DNA of 64,000 bases from Patescibacteria group bacterium (GTDB lineage: Bacteria; Patescibacteriota; Patescibacteriia; UBA9934): assembly GCA_038064675.1 (NCBI GenBank), contig JBBTSM010000006.1, positions 7,776 through 71,775 of the forward strand, read 5' to 3'. The position numbers were made by a program, and so were the translations under genes. Each line of letters starts with the position of its first letter. The stretch's first letter is position 1. This document shows, piece by piece, positions 59,507 through 64,000 of the stretch. A model generated the notes under the pieces. The model saw only the letters and a list, made by a program, of their open reading frames with translations, had not been told where the DNA came from and made no database searches.

Positions 59507-59540
59507 CCCCCTCCTTACTCCCCCTTGGTAAGGGGGAGAG
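59507..59540 (+). repeat. Palindromic element family A, copy 4 (left flank of DUF559)
   Basis: CCCCCTCCTTACTCCCCCTTGGTAAGGGGGAGAG. Confidence 0.9.
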
Positions 59541-59561
59541 TTATCGACTGAATCTGATCTC

Positions 59562-59948
59562 ATGACACGGATATACAATCAGGAATGGAGTATAGAACGA
59601 CGAAAATCCATGCGATCAAACATGACCGGACCGGAACAGTTGCTATGGAAAGCGCCGAGAGGAGAATCGCTCGGTATAAAGTTTCGACGACAATTCGGCA
59701 TTGGTCCATATATCGCGGATTTTTACTCTCCAAGGAATAAGCTCGTCATCGAAATCGACGGAGGATCACACGCACACCCAAATGCACGAACCTACGATGA
59801 CGAGCGTGACGCTTTCATGATCGGTCTTGGAATAAACGTTTTGCGTTTCTCAAATCACGAAGTCCTTTCAAATATCGACGATGTTCTTCTTCGAATTCAG
59901 GAGGCGATACCCCTCCCCCTTGCCAAGGGGGAGTCGGAGGGGGTTTAG
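59562..59948 (+). CDS. DUF559 / Vsr-like PD-(D/E)XK endonuclease domain protein
   Basis: T.PE.LLW, KFRRQ..IGPYIADFY, LVIEIDGGSH, YD..RD, VLRFSN. Confidence 0.92.
   Translation: MTRIYNQEWSIERRKSMRSNMTGPEQLLWKAPRGESLGIKFRRQFGIGPYIADFYSPRNKLVIEIDGGSHAHPNARTYDDERDAFMIGLGINVLRFSNHEVLSNIDDVLLRIQEAIPLPLAKGESEGV
59910..59943 (-). repeat. Palindromic element family A, copy 5 (right flank, inverted, encodes the DUF559 C-terminus)
   Basis: Minus strand CCCCCTCCGACTCCCCCTTGGCAAGGGGGAGGGG; encodes PLPLAKGESEG. Confidence 0.9.
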
Positions 59949-59965
59949 AATGTTACAATACGCGC

Positions 59966-60952
59966 ATGTCCACCCTCGCCAGCGCAAAACTCGTCAAAGA
60001 TCTCTTTGCGAAAACCATCAAAACCGAACCAACGCGGAATGGTTTTGGTCGAGGGTTGGTTGAAGCTGGGATACGGAACGAATCCGTGGTGGCACTCTGT
60101 GCAGACTTGAGCGAATCCACTCGCGTGCTCGATTTTAAGAACGCATTTCCGGATCGGTACGTTCAGATGGGTGTTTCCGAACAATCGCTTGCGGCTATCG
60201 CTTCCGGCATGGCACTCGCAGGAAAGATTCCATTCATCGCAAGCTATGCCGCATTCTCCCCTGGCAGAAATTGGGAGCAAATCCGTACTACGGGATGCTT
60301 GCAAAACGTGAATCTCAAAATCGCTGGGGCTCACGCCGGCGTTTCCGTTGGCCCAGATGGCGCAACACATCAAATGACCGAGGATATCGCACTCATGCGC
60401 GTGTTGCCGAACATGACGGTTCTTGTGCCGTGTGATGCGATTGAGGCAGAGAAGGCAACCATCGCCGCAGCCGAAATCGATGGACCAGTCTACATTCGCC
60501 TTGGTCGTGAGGCGACACCGATCTTCACTACAGAAAAGTCCCCTTTCGAAATCGGTAAGGCGCAAGTTCTGACGAAGGGAAACGATGTTGCGATTATCGC
60601 CTGTGGCCCTCAAGTCTACGAAGCGCTCAAAGCGGCACGCGATCTCGAAAAATCTGGAATCGATGCGCGCGTGATCAATTGTGTCTCGATCAAACCTCTC
60701 GATAAGGAGACGATCGTAAAGGCAGCGAAAGAATGCGGCGCAGTCGTAACTGTCGAAGAAGCGCAGATCGCCGGCGGCATGGGCAGCGCAGTGTGCGAGC
60801 TACTGTCGGAAGAATGCCCTGTGCCGATCATAAGAATCGGAATGAACGATACATTTGGGCAGTCTGGAACACCGGATGAACTCCTTGAACACTATCACCT
60901 CACTGCAGCGTGGATTGTGAAGGCGGCAAAGCAAGCCATGAAACGACGATAG
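59966..60952 (+). CDS. Transketolase C-terminal subunit
   Basis: ADLSEST, GVSEQ, GPDGATHQ, GPVYIR, EEAQ..GGMG. Confidence 0.93.
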   Translation: MSTLASAKLVKDLFAKTIKTEPTRNGFGRGLVEAGIRNESVVALCADLSESTRVLDFKNAFPDRYVQMGVSEQSLAAIASGMALAGKIPFIASYAAFSPGRNWEQIRTTGCLQNVNLKIAGAHAGVSVGPDGATHQMTEDIALMRVLPNMTVLVPCDAIEAEKATIAAAEIDGPVYIRLGREATPIFTTEKSPFEIGKAQVLTKGNDVAIIACGPQVYEALKAARDLEKSGIDARVINCVSIKPLDKETIVKAAKECGAVVTVEEAQIAGGMGSAVCELLSEECPVPIIRIGMNDTFGQSGTPDELLEHYHLTAAWIVKAAKQAMKRR

Positions 60953-60954
60953 GT

Positions 60955-62214
60955 ATGTATGAAGATCACTTTTTACCCCATGAAGGGCTGAAGGTTCCGG
61001 AACCTTCGGCCGCTGAAGGCCTAGAGCGCTACCATGAAAAATTGCACGCCCTGCAATTTTTGCACTTGCGATCGCCAGCGACCGAATACGACGATGAACG
61101 CCGAGGAGAGCAGCCAATGCCACATCAAAACACCGAAGCCCGATGGAATACCGTTCTTGAAACGGTAACCACAACACTCACAACCGACGACGCCTGGAGC
61201 AGTGATCGATTGATGCGGGGCCTTGTTGAAAACACGTGTATTGGCGTCCTTCGCGAATTCCCGCACTGGAATACCAACGCTCGACTAAACGGGCGACTTT
61301 TAACGCTGCTGGATACCGCGATAATTTCTGCGCGAGAACACGCCGGCGAACATGACGATCTCGACATCGTGAGCGAAAATACGCTCGACGAACTCATTAG
61401 CTCACCAGAAGCCAATCCCCTTCTCCGACGCAAGGCCGAGGCGATGCTGTCGAGAAATACTAACTGGTGGCCACCAGACGCAGGGTTGCGCCGAGAGATC
61501 CTTACGCGGTTCAAGGCTCCATACGAACTCAATGGGAAAACCCACTGGGAAGGACTCGCCGAAGGCGTAACTGATCAAGATCTTCTTGCCATACCTGAAC
61601 CATGGTTTGACGAAGAGGCGGTGGTGGAATTTTTATGGGAAAAGCAGGTGCGAGCGCAAGAAGACTCCGCGCTACGCAAGTCGTCCGATGATCCAGCGCT
61701 CGTGATCGTCAAACTCTCTCCCGAAAACGTTGGCGCGTACGATCGCATGGGTCGACTTGTAGGTGTACGAGACGCCGAGTACGGAGCGGTCACTCCACTC
61801 GCTCAACATCCAGACCTCGTGCGACCAGATGTTGCAGAAGATATTGCTTTTACGTTTGATCTTGGCATGCGAACGCAGCTCAGCAAAGATTTCGGTTTTC
61901 CAATCGAACACCTCACACTTCGCGAACAGGTTTCTCTTATTGGAACACTCAGAGAAATCACCTGGGTGCTCGGCCCCCAGTCCACGGCGATGGACGAAGC
62001 CGAGAAATTCCTCCGTGAAAAGGGGGAGAAGATCGCCTACGCCTGGAAAGGTGAGCGGCGAGCGCTCCCCGGAGAGTCGCAATGCGGCGTCGGAGGATGG
62101 GACCACACCGGGTCACTCGTCATGGTGGATGCTCTCGTTGAACTCACGGGGTATCGCATCACCACCGCAGGCCAAGTGCCTGCGCAGTGGGCGCGACTGC
62201 GCAAGCAAACCTGA
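60955..62214 (+). CDS. Hypothetical protein (possibly chimeric C-terminus)
   Basis: Long ORF from ATG 60955; the last ~85 codons are markedly GC3-rich. Confidence 0.55.
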   Translation: MYEDHFLPHEGLKVPEPSAAEGLERYHEKLHALQFLHLRSPATEYDDERRGEQPMPHQNTEARWNTVLETVTTTLTTDDAWSSDRLMRGLVENTCIGVLREFPHWNTNARLNGRLLTLLDTAIISAREHAGEHDDLDIVSENTLDELISSPEANPLLRRKAEAMLSRNTNWWPPDAGLRREILTRFKAPYELNGKTHWEGLAEGVTDQDLLAIPEPWFDEEAVVEFLWEKQVRAQEDSALRKSSDDPALVIVKLSPENVGAYDRMGRLVGVRDAEYGAVTPLAQHPDLVRPDVAEDIAFTFDLGMRTQLSKDFGFPIEHLTLREQVSLIGTLREITWVLGPQSTAMDEAEKFLREKGEKIAYAWKGERRALPGESQCGVGGWDHTGSLVMVDALVELTGYRITTAGQVPAQWARLRKQT

Positions 62215-62216
62215 CA

Positions 62217-62247
62217 CCCCTCCTCTACTCCCCCTAGGGCGTAGAGG
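62217..62247 (+). repeat. Degenerate family A element, copy 6
   Basis: CCCCTCCTCTACTCCCCCTAGGGCGTAGAGG right after a stop codon. Confidence 0.5.
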
Positions 62248-62421
62248 CCTTCATGAATACCGAACGTATGCTGTCGGAATTTCTCATGCCTCTCTCTCGG
62301 CGTGCGAATCTTTCGTTCGTATGTACGGTATTCCTGAGGATCCCCCAGCAATATGTTGAGGGATTTCTGTATAGGGAAAACTCTTTCAAAGTCGCTGTAT
62401 CTCTCTCACAGCGGTTTTCAT

Positions 62422-62451
62422 CAAACACCACCCAGCAATGGGTGGTGTTTG
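62422..62451. terminator. Intrinsic terminator
   Basis: CAAACACCACCCA-GCAA-TGGGTGGTGTTTG. Confidence 0.7.
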
Positions 62452-62499
62452 TGTTTTAACGCAGCGAACGACGGCACGCGTGGCCGTCGTTCTTCGTTC

Positions 62500-62763
62500 C
62501 TAGGCGGCCGAAGCCACCGAAATGTTGCCGGTCGATGCAGTGTTGCACTCCTTCATGAGGATGCTCTTCGCCAGCGAAAGCGCCGAACCCGGGCGATCGC
62601 ACCTGATGTGGTCCAACACTTGCAACGTTTGGGGATGATCCACAAGCGCAGCGTGAAAGTCGTCCCACATGCCAGTTACCGCTTTTGTCAGCGGCCGGCC
62701 GTCGAGCTCATCGACGGCGATCTGAAGTTCTTGAACGAGTTCTTTCAACAACAGCAGATTCAT
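62500..62763 (-). CDS. Small orphan protein
   Basis: GC3-rich ORF with upstream TAGACA-17-TAATCT. Confidence 0.4.
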   Translation of the reverse strand: MNLLLLKELVQELQIAVDELDGRPLTKAVTGMWDDFHAALVDHPQTLQVLDHIRCDRPGSALSLAKSILMKECNTASTGNISVASAA

Positions 62764-62846
62764 TTCTAGCCCCACGTTGGAGATTTAGCACCGAAACCGC
62801 ACTCAGATTAGCAAAAAAATGAGTTTTTGTCTACACTACGCGCCAT

Positions 62847-63554
62847 ATGGAACTCATGCGTCTCAACAAATATCTCGTGGATGCTGGGATTTGCTCCCGC
62901 CGGGAAGCAGATCGGTTGATGGTGGCTGGGAAAATCGTGGTCGATGGGAAAAAGGCGGAGCTTGGAATAAAGGTCAATGGGACCGAATCTATTACCGTGA
63001 ACGGCAAACGCGTGGCCCAACCAAGCCAGAAACGGGTGTATCTCGCGTATCACAAACCCGTCGGGATCATCTGTACGTCGGATCCAAAGGCAAAGGACAA
63101 TATCATTGAGGCTGTGGCCTATCCGGAGCGCATTTTTCACATTGGCCGTTTGGACGTGGCATCGTCTGGCTTGATTTTGCTTACGAATGACGGCGACATC
63201 GTGAATAAGATTCTTCGCGCAGAGGGCAAGCACGAAAAGGAGTACGTCGTCACCATCGACCGCGCTGTTACCGATGACTTCGTTCATCAGATGTCGACGG
63301 GAATCGAAATCATGGGCCGGAAAACCTATCCAGCAAAAGTGGAGAAGCTCGGCGACATGAGTTTTGCGATTACCCTCGTTGAAGGCAAGAACCGCCAAAT
63401 TCGCCGCATGTGTGAGGCGATGCATGTGAACGTCAAAAACCTTGAGCGTATCCGCGTGATGAATGTTGAACTTGGCGGACTCCCTCAGGGAAAGTGGCGC
63501 CATCTCACACCGGGCGAGGAAAAGGAACTTCTCGCGATGTTGGGACCGAGATAA
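62847..63554 (+). CDS. RsuA/RluF family pseudouridine synthase
   Basis: RLNKYL..G.CSRREAD, HKPVG, IGRLD, LLTNDG, EGKNRQIRRM. Confidence 0.93.
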   Translation: MELMRLNKYLVDAGICSRREADRLMVAGKIVVDGKKAELGIKVNGTESITVNGKRVAQPSQKRVYLAYHKPVGIICTSDPKAKDNIIEAVAYPERIFHIGRLDVASSGLILLTNDGDIVNKILRAEGKHEKEYVVTIDRAVTDDFVHQMSTGIEIMGRKTYPAKVEKLGDMSFAITLVEGKNRQIRRMCEAMHVNVKNLERIRVMNVELGGLPQGKWRHLTPGEEKELLAMLGPR

Positions 63555-63646
63555 CGGTTAATCGCTAGCGCTTGGTTAATCGGGATTACCCTTGGTTAAA
63601 TGGTTATCCGGAATAACCGTTTTCACCGCCTTAACCGCTTAACCCT

Positions 63647-64000
63647 ATGTTCTTTTTCTGGATACTTTTCGTCATCGTAGGCACCATGGCATGGGGCTCC
63701 ATTCTTGCGGCTCCGTGGGTGCCAACCCTTTCGGCGCAAAGGAAGTTGTTGGTTGATAGTCTCGTCATACCTCCCCCCGACCCCCTCCTTCGAAAGGAGG
63801 GGGAGAAATCGGTGACCATTTACGATCTCGGCTGCGGATCCGGATCGATTCTCTTCGAATTCGCCGATCGGTATCCAAACGCTCGTTGCATCGGCTACGA
63901 CGTTGCGCTTCTTCCCCTTTTCATCGGAATGATGGTGAAACTTCGTCATCCGATAAAATATAAAAACGTTTCACTCCGATTTGGAAATTTCTTCAAGAAA
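63647..64000 (+). CDS. SAM-dependent methyltransferase with N-terminal TM (partial)
   Basis: Manual translation: AAPWVPT...IYDLGCGSG...IGYD; open to the window end. Confidence 0.8.
   Translation, partial: MFFFWILFVIVGTMAWGSILAAPWVPTLSAQRKLLVDSLVIPPPDPLLRKEGEKSVTIYDLGCGSGSILFEFADRYPNARCIGYDVALLPLFIGMMVKLRHPIKYKNVSLRFGNFFKK
63770..63806 (+). repeat. Palindromic element family A variant, copy 7 (in-frame inside methyltransferase)
   Basis: CCTCCCCCCGACCCCCTCCTT-CGA-AAGGAGGGGGAGA; encodes PPPDPLLRKEGE just before motif I. Confidence 0.75.

Noticed and set aside
1-64000. CRISPR array, integrase/transposase, prophage, rRNA
   Set aside because: No regularly spaced direct repeats with spacers, and no recognisable Cas, DDE/HUH/tyrosine recombinase, phage structural or rRNA sequence seen.
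1-64000. Alternative genetic code (UGA recoding)
   Set aside because: Conserved genes translate full-length under code 11 and several end in TGA.

Overview
Chromosomal window of a bacterium with a compact genome using genetic code 11. The gene content (DUF4012 protein, Cys-rich pilin-like protein, split transketolase, type-2 IleRS, archaeal-type Cmk, tRNA-Ile(UAU)) suggests a Patescibacteria/CPR organism; this is inference. Housekeeping genes: nusA, yidC, argS-tyrS-valS, trpS, ileS, rplS, secG, ruvA, two pseudouridine synthases, a DsbA/VKOR pair, glycosyltransferase/EPS genes, a rpiB-rpe-tkt pentose-phosphate cluster, six tRNAs and RNase P RNA, interspersed with many orphan genes. The most notable non-annotated structure is a set of repeat families. 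(1) A ~33-35 bp GC-rich hairpin element, CCCCCTCC-N2-4-CTCCCCC-loop-GGGGGAG, occurs about 7 times. Two copies bracket a DUF559 endonuclease gene as an inverted pair, and four others are translated in-frame inside unrelated proteins (O-antigen ligase, ValRS, FemABX, a methyltransferase). This suggests a DUF559-driven REP/RPE-like mobile system. (2) A ~125 bp covarying long-hairpin repeat occurs in 4 copies. (3) One REPIN-like doublet is present. Also notable: tRNA-Ile with a UAU anticodon, pervasive leaderless-type promoters, a phased cluster of DnaA-box-like motifs, degenerate CCA-enzyme-derived proteins, and a stand-alone RNA polymerase alpha-CTD-like protein. All protein calls come from motif recognition by eye; no database search was run.
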